A stretch of 62,446 nt of DNA, filler included, from Hausera hauseri (GCA_046269625.1; 12 parts of 12 records of this genome joined end to end with filler, not necessarily neighbours in it); one strand, 5' to 3'; positions 37,514 to 51,553 are shown, counted from the first letter of the whole stretch. Numbers and translations: made by a program. Notes: generated by a model not told the origin, from the letters alone.

Positions 37514-40500
37514 GCTATTGCGTCGTTGTATAGACAAGGCGCTGGATCTTATCGACATTTTGTTCTCTGCTGTATTTGCTGAAGTAACTGTCTTGTGTTT
37601 TTTACCATGTTGTTTGTCTGCTTGCTGAGTTGGTTGGGAGAAAGTTAAAATTTGATTTGACGTGTCAGCAGCTTGAGAACTAGTCGGTATGTCGTTTAAC
37701 GTAGTCTTTGGTATTGATGCGGGTTTTTGAATAGCATATTGTCGTGGAGGTAGAACAGAAGAAGGATTGAAGAAATCAAGGAAGGTATGTGCAGAGTTAG
37801 TTGTTGGGTCCGGTACGTCATTAATGAAACATGCAGGTTTTACTTTAGATGTGCACATTTTGTTCTTTGTCATTTTTGAATATTGTAACCGTGTGTGAAG
37901 TTAACTGAGGACTTTATATGGTCCTAAGTAGCTTGGTTGGTATCCGAAAGGTGAAGGATGTTTTATCCACACGAACTTTGCATTAAATAGCAAGTCAGGT
38001 AAGTATGATTTGTCACCATGTACTATTTTGCAGAAAGAATCCTGGCTTAATTGGACGAAGTGACTTTGTGCAGACCTAATGGTTTCGTCAGTCGGTGTGT
38101 TATCCAAATCTGTGAGTTCAAAGAGTGCATGAATTGTGGTACCAAAGAGTGCTTCAGCGGGTGCGCAACCGGTGGTAGAAGACGGCGTGTTGCGCCACCC
38201 GAGTAAAACAAAAGGGAGTTTGGTTGTCCAATTCTTATAAGCTTCGGCCAAGATTTTTAACAAGATCTTAAGAATGCCATGAAGGCGTTTTAATAAGCCG
38301 TTCAACTGGGGATGATATGGAGTTGTGTGTTTTATGCCTAGTCGACTAACTAAAAATTTGAATAGGATCGATTCAAATTGGGGACCTTGGTCTCTAATTA
38401 TATAGCGAGGTGAACCGAACCGGCTAATCCAAATCCTTATGAATGCGTCTGCAATAGAGTCTATATTGATGGAGCGCAAAGGGACGGCTACAGGCCAACG
38501 AGACGCGCGGTCCATCATTGTTAAGATGAATTGGTGGCCGTTATGGGAAGGTAATGAGCCAACGATATCTATGTGAACTGACTCAAAGCGGGATGCAAAT
38601 AAGATTTTTAGCTACCTTAAACTTTTGGCAAGGCACGCATTGCCTAACCCAGCTCTGTACATCAGACCTCATTGATGGCCATGTTACATGACGTTTGAGG
38701 AGGCGGAATGTAGCTTTGGAACCTGGATGATGCAAAGAATGAACATGTTGAAATGCAGTTTGTTGGAGGACGTGCCAAAATTGGTAAATGTTGTCCAGGT
38801 GTCGAAGTGTCCATGACTATTCCATCGATGATTTGTACGGATTTGTACTGTTTAAGAATTTCAGCGGAAGGAGAATTTTGGATTAATTGTTCCTTAGAAA
38901 ATATTGGTGTGACACTAATAGCACCAACTGGCCGTGATAGGAAATCAGTTATTAAATTGTTTGTGCCAGAAATATGGCAGATTTTGAAGTTAAATGTTGA
39001 CAGATATAAGATATGGCGTTCTTGTCGGAGTGATGGTTGTTTCATGTTCATTACGTGAACGAGAGGTTTATGGTCCGTTTAAATGGTGAAGGACCGGGAG
39101 ATAAGTAAATGTGAAGTGTTTCAGAGCTAAAACAATGGCTAGGAGTTCTCTATCAAAGGTAGAATAAAGGCGTTCTTGTGGCTACAGCTTGCGTGAAAAG
39201 AATTCTAACGGCTCATTTATCCATTGAGATATTTTATGAACAACCGCTCCTACTGCTGTAGTTGATGCGTCGGTTGTTAAAATTAGGTTAGCATCAGGTT
39301 TTGGGTAAGCTAAAATTTCGACTGTTTTAAGTTTATCGCGGAGTTCGTCTAACTGGTTAATAAGTTCTGGTGTCAAGTATATGAGCTTTTTCTTCGGCCA
39401 TGCTCCTAGTTGAGCAAAAGGGGCAGTTAACTGGTTACAGTGTGGGACGTATTTATGTACAAAATGTAAAGTCCCAAGGAAACTACGCATGTCAGTAGTG
39501 GTTTTGGGTAGCTCGATGTTTCGTAAATGATGAATTCTATCGGGCTGTGGACTGTGTCTGTCAGGTGTGATGACGTGGCCAAGGAAATTGACTTTTTTGA
39601 AAGAAGGAACACTTACAAAAGTTCACTTGCAAATTGTAGCTGTGCAAGCGTTGGAAAATTAGTCTGATATGTTCTTCGTGTTGTTTGGGCGATGCCGATG
39701 CGACTAGTATGTCATCAATGTATGGATATACAAATGACAAGCCTGAAAGAACTGAATCAATGTGCCGTTGGAAAGTTTGTGCTGCGTTCTTTAAACCGAA
39801 GGGCATGAATACATATTCGAAAAGACCAAAAGGTGTTATTATGGCCGTTTTTTGGATGTCTTCTGGCGCTACCGGTATTTGGTGGTAGACTTTTTCGAGA
39901 TCTATAGTCGAATAGATTGTTGTCTTGTGTAAGGAATGTAATATATCTTTTATCAAAGGTAGAGGATAAGCGTCCATGGTAATGGCAGATGGACAGAATG
40001 TGCCATCTTTTTTTGGTACGACGTGGAGTGGTGATTCTCACGGCGATTTTGACCTTTTTATTATTCCGGCTTGCTCGAGTGCAGAGAATTCCGCTTGGAC
40101 TGCCTGTCGACGGCGTGGTGAAAGTGAGTGGAGCATTTGCCTAACGGGCCTAGAATTTTCTGTGATGATGTAATGAAGCGTCGTGTTAGATGGTCGAAAT
40201 GCTGGGTCTTTTTTATTGTGTGAAAACAAAACTTGGTTAAATATTGTTGCATTTCCTGGCTAAGTGTAGTAAAGGCTGTTGTTGTTATGGCAGTAGACAG
40301 ATTGGATTTAATGTGAGAAATGGTAGAAATCGGGCCGCCTAAATCGGACTACAACAAAAAAGTATGATTGCTTATATTGGTTTTATCAGCGAGGTTTTTA
40401 TTCACGTTGGTTAATGGTTTCTTCAATATTAATTTTATAAGTGAGATAGGCTGCATGATCGGTTGGTTATTTGTAGAGGTCGGCTTTGTTAAACTGCTTT

Positions 40501-42204
40501 TAATGATCCGACGTTGTCTACAATCTACAATGAGGTTGTAGAAGAATAAGAAATCAAACTCAAATATTGGAGATTGTGTGTCGGCAACGATGAATGTCCA
40601 ATTGAAAATGTCTGAGAATGGTGGTAAAGTGAATGAAACTTTGAACGTGCCGAAAATGCGTAAAGCTTGGCCGTTAGCTGTGTATACTTTTGTTTTAATG
40701 GTGAAATGAATGGTGTTTTGATGAATGGTGGTAACAAAGAAACAGAAGCCCCTGAGTCAATGAGGAAGTTGATTGGTTGATTGGGTTTGGATGTTAAGGA
40801 AGCTTTTAATGTAAAAACAGCATAGGTACGGCTATTATAATGAAGACGTTTGTCTGTGCCAGTATGTGCCGAAACATCTGGCGGCTTTGTCAGTTTTTTT
40901 AATAGGATTTGATGAATCGGAAGAATTACGATGGCATTGGTTAAACCAACTGGAAAACGTGCAACCGTTGATGCAGTTTCGAGCTTTACTGCAAAACCTA
41001 TTATGGTAAATACAAACGATGGCAGGTTTCTGAAAAGCGGGTGTAAAGAATTTACACCCCAGGCAACATTTGTTGGACGTGTCCTTGAACTCAGTGTGAT
41101 AATAGCACACCATAGGTCGAATATGGGACCTAGCGTACCTCGAATTTTGCGATGAAGCACGGCTATGACTGAGTGTGAATCGATATTGTCGCGGCATGGA
41201 TAAATTCTCCAATTTAGAAGTTAAAGCAGAAATGACTTGGTGTATTGCCATGTTTTCAGCCCGTAAAGAATTTATCTGTGAGTTCAGATCAGCTATGTCA
41301 CTAGCTTGTTGAGTTGTTGGTGCTTGTAGTGTAGCGGCTACTAATGGGGCTGTATGTGCATGTAGTATCTCGTGGCTTTTGTCAGCCAGTTGTGCTAGTT
41401 TTTGTAGTGATGTGTCCTCTACTATGGTCAGAAGCGCACGTATGTCTCTGGGTAGACTGTAGAAAATACCTGCGTAGTAAATCGGCGTTACTTGCTTGAT
41501 TAACGCCAATGGTACTCAATTTAGTGAGGTTTGGAAAAATTCTAAGGTTTCAATGTTCCTATGGTATTGTCGTTAAAATATTTATGGATGATGTTATCTA
41601 GGGATGTTTCGGTGATTTTTAGTACCGAGCTAAAAAGTGTTTTATATGGGTCGCTGCTATGGAAAATTTCCGACAAGTTGGAAAGTTGACTTAATGTTGG
41701 AAGGCAAATATCAGCAAATTGTTTGCTTTAAGGAACGAGTCGACAATATTATTTGATTTCAACTAAGCCGCATAAAAGTCTAACCACGTCTGGCTGGAGT
41801 GTTGCTTGTCGACGAAGTATTCTACGCAAGGTAGATTTACAGTAGACGGCTTGGTTAGAAGTAAATTTAACGGTATACTTATAGTGGGAATGTCGGTAAA
41901 ATCTTGGTCGCTAGCAAATGTTTTGGATCAGATCCACCTAACACAGTAATGTGCAGCTAGCATAGGTGTAGATGAGCGGGTGTAGTTAGTGATAATGTCT
42001 GATTGCTGCAAAAAATCCGTTAAAACTAAGATAAAAATTAGACGGAAATATTTCTCGTTGGAGCATGCTAGACAAATTTGCAGTAGTTGCAATTTTATGT
42101 ATATAGTATGTGTGTCTGTTTTCAAGCAAGAGTAAGGAAGATAAAGTTTTCAGCTATGTTGGGTGTATAATGTAGTGCATAGGACACGGGCGCGCCCAAC
42201 ATCT
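37514..42204 (-). mobile_element. Ty3/gypsy CsRn1-like retrotransposon, copy B (LTR end, gag, PR, RT, RNase H, IN), degenerate
   Basis: LTR end GCACTACA at 42171; double CHCC Gag; LIDSGA; YIDD; TDAS; IN core (DRASRWP, DQGPQF, YHPQLNG) and GPY. Confidence 0.95.
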
Positions 42205-42341
42205 NNNNNNNNNNNNNNNNNNNNNNNNNNNNNNNNNNNNNNNNNNNNTTAATTAATTAANNNNNNNNNNNNNNNNNNNNNNNNNNNNNNNNNNNNNNNN
42301 NNNNAAACACAATTATACATTATCCAATTTTCCGAATTCTC

Positions 42342-43554
42342 ATGGCCTGTTTGAGAATGAAAGTCAAGAAAGTGGCCATACAAAGCAGACTTCCTTTTAA
42401 TATTTTACAGTTAGTATGGCCACCACTAAATTCAACCTTTCGTCACTTTTGCGGCGTAATTGCACTATCAGCAAATGAAAATCCGTTCGAACAAGTGAAA
42501 ATCAGAATGGACGCTATAATGCAACATAAAATGTTTGCATTATTCAAGGAAGAAATTTCAGCTCAAAAATTCCCCCACCTCCATATACTCGTATATGCAC
42601 CTAACCAAATAAGGTTGATATGGTGCAAAACACTACTACAAATGTACTAATACCATTCAGAGAGTCCATATTCGAGGTATACAAGTATTATGACAAAGGA
42701 ACATACGATGGGCATTTGTGTTCCAATACGGTACAGCGCCAATAAATATTTACAAAGATAACACTTCACGAAAGGCTCTGTACTGTCAGTGCGATGAAGC
42801 GCAAAGCTTCAATGAATCACTCGAGATTATGAAGGACGGAGACAGAGCCGAGTATATTACTAGCCATCGTCTCTTAAACCAATACATTCGCAATAAATTT
42901 AAGAGGCCTATAAAACTAAATGAATCGTTCGTATTCACGTTACCAAAAATTGCTTTCCGGCCAGAAGACGGAGTTCATAGCGCAATTCTATTCGGACAAA
43001 GTAATATAGGCAAAACGTTTTGCCCTGAGTCATGGTTCTAATCCAATGATCCTCTATTCGCTCCACGACACCCCTAACGACTGGACAGGGGATTATGACC
43101 TGATTATCTTCGATGATGTTGGATTTAACACCTGATACGCTATTATCCATTGTACAAGTAATAATTTTTTATTTTCATTTTTTTTACTCAAACTTAGGCC
43201 AATCATGAATTTGACAATCGATAAATAAGAGGATTTTACAAGTCTGTCATAATTCCGTCAAGCGTTCCAGTTATTTTTACGTACAACTCGGAAATTAATT
43301 TCTGGCCGCGTAAAATGGACATTACGCAAAAAGAAGCTTGTATTAAAAGATGCCTCATCTACAATTTAGGTATAAATTTTTCACACATTATATACTTATT
43401 TTTTTCAGGCAGCTTTATACTTTACAATTCTCCGAATCTACGAACGAATTTCGTTGCAAAAAATACGGTTGATGTTATGAAATTAGCACAAGACCACAAC
43501 CTTGAACTTTCTACACTAAATATACCACTTCAACCAGTAGATATCGATGAATAA
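42342..43554 (+). pseudogene. CRESS-DNA-virus-type Rep (HUH endonuclease plus SF3 helicase) with small introns, frameshifted
   Basis: PHLHIL (motif II), VYKYYDK (motif III), GQSNIGKT (Walker A), IIFDD (Walker B), IFTYN (motif C); GT-AG introns 43158-43197 and probably 43370-43408. Confidence 0.85.
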
Positions 43555-43647
43555 AATTTTAGTCTTTCTGAATTTTTTCACTATATAGTTTCTTTTTTGT
43601 ATGATTCTTATGCACTTTTATTTAAAGGTTGCTCATTCTAATTTTAG

Positions 43648-44213
43648 ATGAGCAAGGTCGTCTAAGTTTTTTTTATATATATAAACATAAGCTGAACAGT
43701 AAAATTTTATCGCTTAATGTCCGTTAAAGCTACTAGTAATTTCAACTGCATTTTAGCAGATTTACTCAAATTGTACCACGTAACAGACGCACTTGGAGAA
43801 TTTTTGAAACTAATCAAAATCCGCTACATCATGCCGCCCGAGGAATTATCTCCACTGCAGCACATCAATTTATTACATCAAGACTTATTAAATCTGAATT
43901 ATCGCATTATGAGGAAATATTGAAATCGCGAATGCTGTGAAAATAAAAGACTGCATGATTCTATGTGGTAAACTAGAGGCTATTTCTAACGACGACTCTA
44001 TGCACTTGATTGATACACCTCTTGATGTTCACAAAATATGTAAACAACTACATATTAAACAGTTCTGACAGAGCATGGTCTGACTCCGACAGATTACGAA
44101 CCGAATGTATCTTATGCATGGATATGATGAAAATTGACAATCCTAATGGTTTGGTTAAATTATGGAGAGAGGAAGTTAACCGATATAGATTATCACAGCC
44201 AAATCTGAAATGA
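43648..44213 (+). pseudogene. Unknown ORF downstream of Rep, not capsid-like
   Basis: Frameshifted Leu-rich frames 43717-43923 and 44010-44213, followed by AATAAA near 44320. Confidence 0.35.
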
Positions 44214-44381
44214 TACAGAACCAATGACACCTCCAGGAAATTGGCGAAGTTGCTATTGCATAGATGAGAGCAGCGAAGATGAACTACATGATAATAATTG
44301 TACAATTGTTTAATATTTCAATAAATCTATTTACTCGTGTCTTATTTCTCATGTCTCTTTCTCGGGATACCCTAAGCGATT

Positions 44382-47305
44382 TGTTATTACAATGATTAGA
44401 AAAAATATATACTTATATAAACTGGTTTCCAACTATATAGAAAAAATAATCTTTTAATCACAAATTAGCACTTTCTTCTGAACAAAAATAGGGGCCCACC
44501 CAAATATACGGCTGCATACGACGCAAAATATCCAACACACAAAAAATTAACTCAAAAACGGGGAATAAATTAAAAAATCTATATAATACTATATATAACA
44601 TTAAGCAAAAAATTACTACTATATTTAGTGAGTTTGTTTTTTACAAGGTTATTGAAATAAAACACGTAAGGAAAAATGAACAAAATAAAGAACAAATAAA
44701 ATTCCGAACATTTATTTTGTTTAATAATTATTTCGTCCGCCGAGGCGTACGAGTCATCGGTTGATGAGAGTTCCGGGTCGTTCCTGACAGCATGACATGA
44801 ACGGTTCGGAGCGTCGTCCGAACTAGAGTCCGTCGGTGTTGACTCGAGTTGTATCGACTCCAATTGGCGTCGACGGCGCGGTACTGGAAACTCGTCTAGG
44901 CTAGAGCTCAGAGCTCTGGCCTGCGGTATGTCAATTGTTCGGTGATCGGGGATCAACTGGATCTCCGATGAAACCAACAGCTCGTACAGGCGATCGGTTG
45001 CCGACATCAGTCGTAGGAACACCGGTAGGAAAACCGACGAGTCGAAGAGACGCCGGTTATTCTCGTCCTGGTAAAATCGATGGAGCGTGCTTGCTGGGAG
45101 AGAGTATGAATCATTTCTCTCCAACCCGACCAAGTGTCGTACAAAGCGACTCCTTTGCAGGAGTTTCCGTATCGTCAGAAAGTCCGAGTAGGACCGGTAC
45201 GGGGCTCGTTTGTGTGTGTCGCGACGGCGTTTTCCGTTGGAGGCGGCGTTCCGTTCGGTAGTGTGTCGTCGTTCATTCGGTCGATACTGGTCCTGTTGTG
45301 TGGTGGGACTGTCGGCACTATTGTCCGTCTTGGCATGTATCGGTCGGGGTATCTTTGGTATACGATACCCCGAAGTCGTACAATTTGTTTGTCACTGAGG
45401 GTGGTGTTTAACTGTTTTGATGTGTTGGCCGGGGTGGTCCTGGCATCGTTTCTGGAGATCGGTTCGCATGGTTTGGAAGTTTTTGGGATATTTGTTCGTA
45501 CTGGCATGTTGAATGGTTTTGATGTTTCTTCTTTTTTGTTTTCGAAAATTTCTGTTCAATCCTTGATCTGTGGATTCAAACAAATAAATTAAATCCACAG
45601 CTCTTGATTGTTTTTTATTTTATAAGTGCTGGTTGTTTCAGCACTTGTAATTTTGTGATTTAATTTGTGATTCCGTGGTTAATTTTCGGATTTTAATTTT
45701 ATTTTGATAATTTAATATTTCTTTTTTGTTTCCCTTTTTTGTACACGAATCCGTGATTTGGAGAAATTAAAAATTTTTTGAGATTTGTCAATTTTAAATT
45801 TTGTTTCTGTTTATTTTATTTTTAAGTATTTTAATTTATTTGTGAGATTTAAATTTTGAGACTTTATTTTTGATTTTGTTATTATTAAAAATTTTATTTT
45901 GCTGATAAATATTCTGGATATCAGTTTTAATATTTTTTTAAGGTGGAACCTTACACCAGGTCTGTATCTAAATTCTATATCAAAATCTTTGATATACGCT
46001 AACTATTTATTAATACGTTTGGTCAGTTCCTAGTAGAATTTCTTATTCAATAATGCTATATGATCAGTATGAAGGATAATCTTTTGTCCATAAATATAAT
46101 AATCGAAATGTTTTAATTCGGATTTTACGGCTAGTAATTCGAGCTCTGTCGCTGCATATCGTGTCTCTGCTTGCTTTAATGACATATTTTCGTAAACTAT
46201 AACATGTTCTGTCATTTCATGTGGTGCTTGTTAAGCTAGGATATATCATTGTCCTTTTCCACTTGCATCTGCTTTGATGATAAATGGTAGGCTATAATCG
46301 GGGCACTAAATTATTGGCGCGGAGTTTAGTCGCTTTTTCATTTCGTCTACCGCTTGTTGACATTCTTCAGTCCATTCGCATTTGACTTCTGCTCTTAATA
46401 GTCGATATAATGATGAGTTTATTTGTGCATAGTTTTCTACAAAATCTGTGTAGAAACCTCCTAATCCTAACCATCTTTGTAATTGTTTCTTATTTTGTGG
46501 TATAGTATATTCAATAATCTTTTGTATTATATCGTCAAGAGTGGTTATTCCTTCTTTTGATATCTTGAATCCAAGATACGTTATTTCTTGTTTGAACCAT
46601 TTGCATTTTATAGGATTAATTTTGAGACATGTTTTCCTACAGCGTTCTAACTTGTCTTCTAACTTTGCCATTAACTGGTTGAAATTATTACCAGTTAGGA
46701 CCAGATCATCAATGTATACCATATCTCCTTCACTATTATTAATTGTTGTTTCTAAACCACATTTATTTTCCTTGATTACAATTTGAGTCACTAATCTTTG
46801 AAACATTGAAGCAGCTATTTCTAAACCGAAGGGCATTCTTTTAAATTGATCAATTCCTCTTGGTTCTCTAAATGCAGTTTTGTATCTTTCTCCTTTGGCG
46901 ATTGTGACGTGTTAGAAACCGCATTGGAAATCGATAGTTACATAAAATTCATTGCTTTTAACTTCTCAATTATTTCATTTATTTTCAGCGATGGGAAGGT
47001 ATCACTTATTATAAAATTGTTTATATTCCGAAAATCGATACACAAACGTTTTTTGGTTGAGTTCTTCTTTGGAACCATTAGGTTTGGAGATATCCATGGT
47101 GCGTTGATTTTTTCTATTATCTTTAAACTTAACAATCTTTTAATTTCTTCATCTAAATCTTGACGAACTACTTCAGGTGGTAGATAATGTTTTGGTTGGG
47201 GTTGGTCTGCAAGACCTAGTTCATGTCCTGTTTCTGGATCCTTTTTTGGTTTTATTGAGACTTGGTAGTCTTTTAATTTTCCTAAGTCGTCTTCATTTTT
47301 GGCAA
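44382..47305 (-). mobile_element. Second Ty3/gypsy-type element: RT and RNase H, no visible integrase, an extra ORF, possible LTR at 44382-44710
   Basis: RLCIDFR, MPFGL, YIDD, ADAS, YAATELELLA, TDH, YRPG; then an AT-rich gap and ORF pieces at 45507-44730; TGTT...AACA ends. Confidence 0.8.
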
Positions 47306-47841
47306 NNNNNNNNNNNNNNNNNNNNNNNNNNNNNNNNNNNNNNNNNNNNTTAATTAATTAANNNNNNNNNNNNNNNNNNNNNNNNNNNNNNNNNNNNNNN
47401 NNNNNTATTTTCGTAAGACGTATGCTATGAAAAATGATGTAAGAATACTAATTACTATATTAACTGCTCGTTTCCGTCTACAAAGTTCTTTCTTAAGTTT
47501 TCGATTAAACAAGGATCTTACAATTAATTCAATGCAATCTTTACTACTCATTGACTAATTACTTTTTTCCATTAAATCATTGAGATACTGAACGTTGTCA
47601 ATCTAACCAGACATTATTTCTTCTGTAAGTTGTTTAATTTCTCTATCTAATTTAGATTCCATTCTTTATTACTCATATTAATTACTTTGTTTATAAAAAA
47701 TAAATCAAAACAACACACAGTATGTACAATAAAAACCCTTTATAGAAATGAAATAAAACATCAATTCAAATAAAATGAAGCACATATTAATCAAAAGTTA
47801 ACTTCTTTCAAATCATTTATCTCCATAACATTTATCTCCAT

Positions 47842-48199
47842 TGTTAGGGGACCATTAACCGTTGGTTGATATCGTTTCCCACTTCCCCATAAACCATGTG
47901 CGTGTTCTGGATCACTTTTTTGCCCTCACCCCGTACTTCTGCGCAGCATTCCACCGACTTCTTTTCTTCGCCTTTCGATACGCCATTGCTCACCCATCCT
48001 TTCTCTTTGCCACTCATAACCGTGCACTATTTCCTTCTAATATCCGCTCTTTTCATGCATTCCCCCTGCTTCCAAGGTGCACCGTGCACTTCGAGGGTGT
48101 TTTTTGAACTCTCCGTCACCAACTCTACCGAGCCCGTGCCTGTGTACGCATGAAGCACGCTTCGTATTGGCTGCATGGAGGAGGCGGGGTGATCTAAAA
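47842..48199. mobile_element. Possible solo LTR of another family
   Basis: Starts TGTTAG, ends CTAAAA (one mismatch to CTAACA); flanks CCAT/CCTT; GC-richer than the flanks. Confidence 0.45.
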
Positions 48200-48579
48200 C
48201 CTTCATTTTTATACTACTTTCATGAGTGCCGTTCTACCGACTGCATTTAATTTCAGTGCAATATTCCACGTATTCTTCTGGAATAACGAATTCGTCGTTG
48301 TTAGCCTTCAGAATAACACGGTGATATTTTATCCTCCTACGTATTTAAGTCGATCAAAGAAAGACAATTTATGTCTGTCGTCATGTACACGAATTGAAAA
48401 CGAACCCAACAAAACAATTTTCTCTCTGTCATGTTCAGCAAAACCCGACGGCAGTTCGACGAGTAAATCTACCCTTCACACATCACCCCAACTAAGCTAT
48501 AATAAAATCATCGCACTCAGCATACGATCGTTCNNNNNNNNNNCGACATCTATTTGAAATACCGCCTACAACGTTTTAC

Positions 48580-49050
48580 ATAGGGTCGTTTCCAAATTAC
48601 AACATCGGAGGAATTATTCGAAATAAGAGTGGACAAATAACAGTACAATGATGCATTATTGTTAGCCAAACAATACCAATTAGACAGTGATAGCGTGTTG
48701 CATAAACAATGGCGCAATTCGAGCAAAACAATCGATGATATCCGGAATATACTCGTTAAAATAATGAAGAAAAATTGGATACTGAATAAGTGTTTGAAAC
48801 ATATTCCGGATAGTAATGAGTCATTGCGTTGTCTGTTGAAATTGGGTTTGCAATCGACAGCTTCAAATCAGCTAAATAATGATTGTGTTGTTGTGCCTGA
48901 TGATTTCCGGTTCATTTGTAACGAGTTTGATGATATTCATGCTGGCGTGCAATGTCTTAATGAACTGCCGTTAGTTAAACTGGAAATTATTCGAGTATGA
49001 TTGAAATTATCGCAGTACTTGGATAAATTGGTATTGCATGAGGAAATTAA
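48580..49050 (+). pseudogene. NBAS: NBAS (neuroblastoma-amplified sequence/Sec39-like) fragment; more decayed coding-like sequence continues to about 50450
   Basis: TTSEELF...YNDALLLAKQYQLDSDSVLHKQW...KKNWILNKCLKHIPD...LLKLGLQST; in-frame stops. Confidence 0.8.
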
Positions 49051-50689
49051 ATGCGTAATGAATACGAATACGAATCTTAGTGATATTATTCTCCACGATT
49101 CATTACTCATTGAGTCAAAAAGTCTTACTGCACAATTCTATAATAGCGTCTATAAGAAATGCATTTACTGTTGGGACCAGAAATAAAAAATTGTACTTTT
49201 CTTTCAACTAATATGTTTGACATTTTCACACGGACAGTTAGACACAATTCTGAGTACCATGATAGTCTTGTCGAATACGTTGAATATTAGTACCCTTGAT
49301 TTCTTAAAACTAAGCAGACTGGATAACACTTCCACAAATCTCTGTAGAACGTCACTCATGTTTTGTGATAAAGCTATCAGATACAACAAAATTGGTTTTA
49401 TTCACGTTTTGACTGATGTTATGCAGAATTCGGCGGGATTTGACAAAGGGTGATTTCGGTGTGATGGAACTTCCATCAATTTTCGAATGGTTGAAATTAT
49501 TTTGTACATAACAGCTGATATTCAAAAGTCATTCGTTTTACTGGAGAAATTGGTTTCCGATTTTCAGGACCATTTAAACATTTGTTTTTCCTCCGTTAGT
49601 TCTTTGACCGAGAAGCAACAATATTACGGCTATATCCGAGTTTTGAAGCAGGAAACAAGTCCACACCTCTCATAGTGCGCCATATATTAAGAGTTATATT
49701 TTCGATCCAGTTGCTAAGACTTTATAAAAATATACATCGATTTATGACTCCAGACATTTTGACACCGGCTCACTCTTTTTACAATCAGTTTTGTACTATC
49801 ACCGAATATATTCATTCAGCAGAGTACCAAACTCGTGTGAAATTACTTCATGAATCATTAAGGGACTTTGTATGTCTCCAAAAAATTGGAGATGAAAGTC
49901 GAATGACGCGTATTTTACAAAAACAATTTTTTTTTGAAAAAGGTGATTTTAATGTTCTCTATAAAGATAGACAGAAATTTCGTCAATCAGCAGTTTTAAG
50001 TTGTTTTCACTGTCTTCTAATTGAAGATGAGCATAATATGAAAATCTATCGAAATAAAACAAACGATGTACTCGAGGATCTCATGGCAAAGGTGATTAAA
50101 AAGATTGAAAGCTACAAATCCATTGGTTCGCCGCCTGAAGTGATAGCACGGATGTCAAATGTCGGTATTCGGAAATTTCACTAAAATCCTTTCAATCGAC
50201 AAATGTTAGAACGTTTAGCTGTTTTAAAAGAAATCAGCAAGCCAACAAGTGCCAAAACAGAAGAAAATAATACCGAACTTCGGAAATTAGGAATAATGGC
50301 AGATAGAAAACCGTCACAGATAATGGAGTTCGAAAACACAACGATTTGGCCATTCGCAAATATCACCTGCCAAGAATCTAAAAAACTGTCGGGGAATTTG
50401 TTATCGGCCCTTCTTTTACACTTTGTCATATCATACCAACCAAAGTAGTTCAATCACTACATTCAGTATGATTCAGTATAGTTAATTCAATTAAATGTTA
50501 CAAATTCGGCTGTCTACTTGTTCGACTTATGAACAAGGGACTAGAATCTAAAAAGTTACTTGCTGAACTAGCTAACATACAAAAAAAGAATTGACTTATC
50601 ATTTTTCGAACCAACTGATCGAATGCTCCAGGTCATATCCACATCCACTATTCCGGATACCACTCTGGTTGGGCAGACCAGCCATTACA

Positions 50690-51453
50690 ACGCAGGGATT
50701 TTGGGCGCGCCCGTGTCATATGCACCACATTGCACACCCGACTTATGTGACAACATCGTTTCACTTGTCTTGTTATTCGAAAATAAGCATACACAAACCT
50801 ACTACATTCACAAATCAGCAACAATTGCAAAATTGTCAGGCATGTTACAACGACAAACAACTCTTGCTAATTTTCGCCTTAGTTTTAATGGACTTCTTCC
50901 CCAATAATCCGACATTATAACAAGTTACACCCACTCATCTTCAACACCTATACTGACTGTACACTATTGTCTGTTAGGTAGATCCGATCCAAAAGCCTCA
51001 TCTAACGACCAACAAGAGTGTCGACATTCCTACTATAAGCGTACCGCTAAATTCACCTCTACCTCCATCATCTACTGTAAACCTACCATGCGTAGAATAC
51101 TTTACTGACAAGTAACATTCCAGCCGGACGTTGTTGGACTTCAATGCGGCTTTGTTGAAGCCGAATAATATTGTTGACTTCTTTCTTAAAAAAACAGCTT
51201 GCTTATACTTTTTTCTTCCACAAATAAGTCGCAACTTTCCATCTTGTCGGAAATTTTCCAAAGCAGTGACCCATACAAAAGGCTTTTTAACTCAATTTTA
51301 AAAATCAGAACCATCTCTGGATAACATTATCCACAAAGATTTTAACGACAACATCATAGGCACATTAAAACCCTCAGAATTTCTTCAAACCTCACTAACT
51401 CAGTTGAGTACTCTTGGCGTTAACCAAGCAAACAACGCCGATTTTTACGCGGA
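50690..51453 (+). mobile_element. CsRn1-like gypsy copy C: 5' LTR end (50729), leader and gag start
   Basis: TTGGGCGCGCCCGTGTCATATGCACCACA and the downstream gag region are homologous to copy B. Confidence 0.85.
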
Positions 51454-51553
51454 NNNNNNNNNNNNNNNNNNNNNNNNNNNNNNNNNNNNNNNNNNNNTTA
51501 ATTAATTAANNNNNNNNNNNNNNNNNNNNNNNNNNNNNNNNNNNNNNNNNNNN

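Noticed and set aside
44382-44390. TGTTATTAC as the CRESS origin nonanucleotide
   Set aside because: No proper stem with the motif in its loop; better explained as an LTR-type TGTT terminus.
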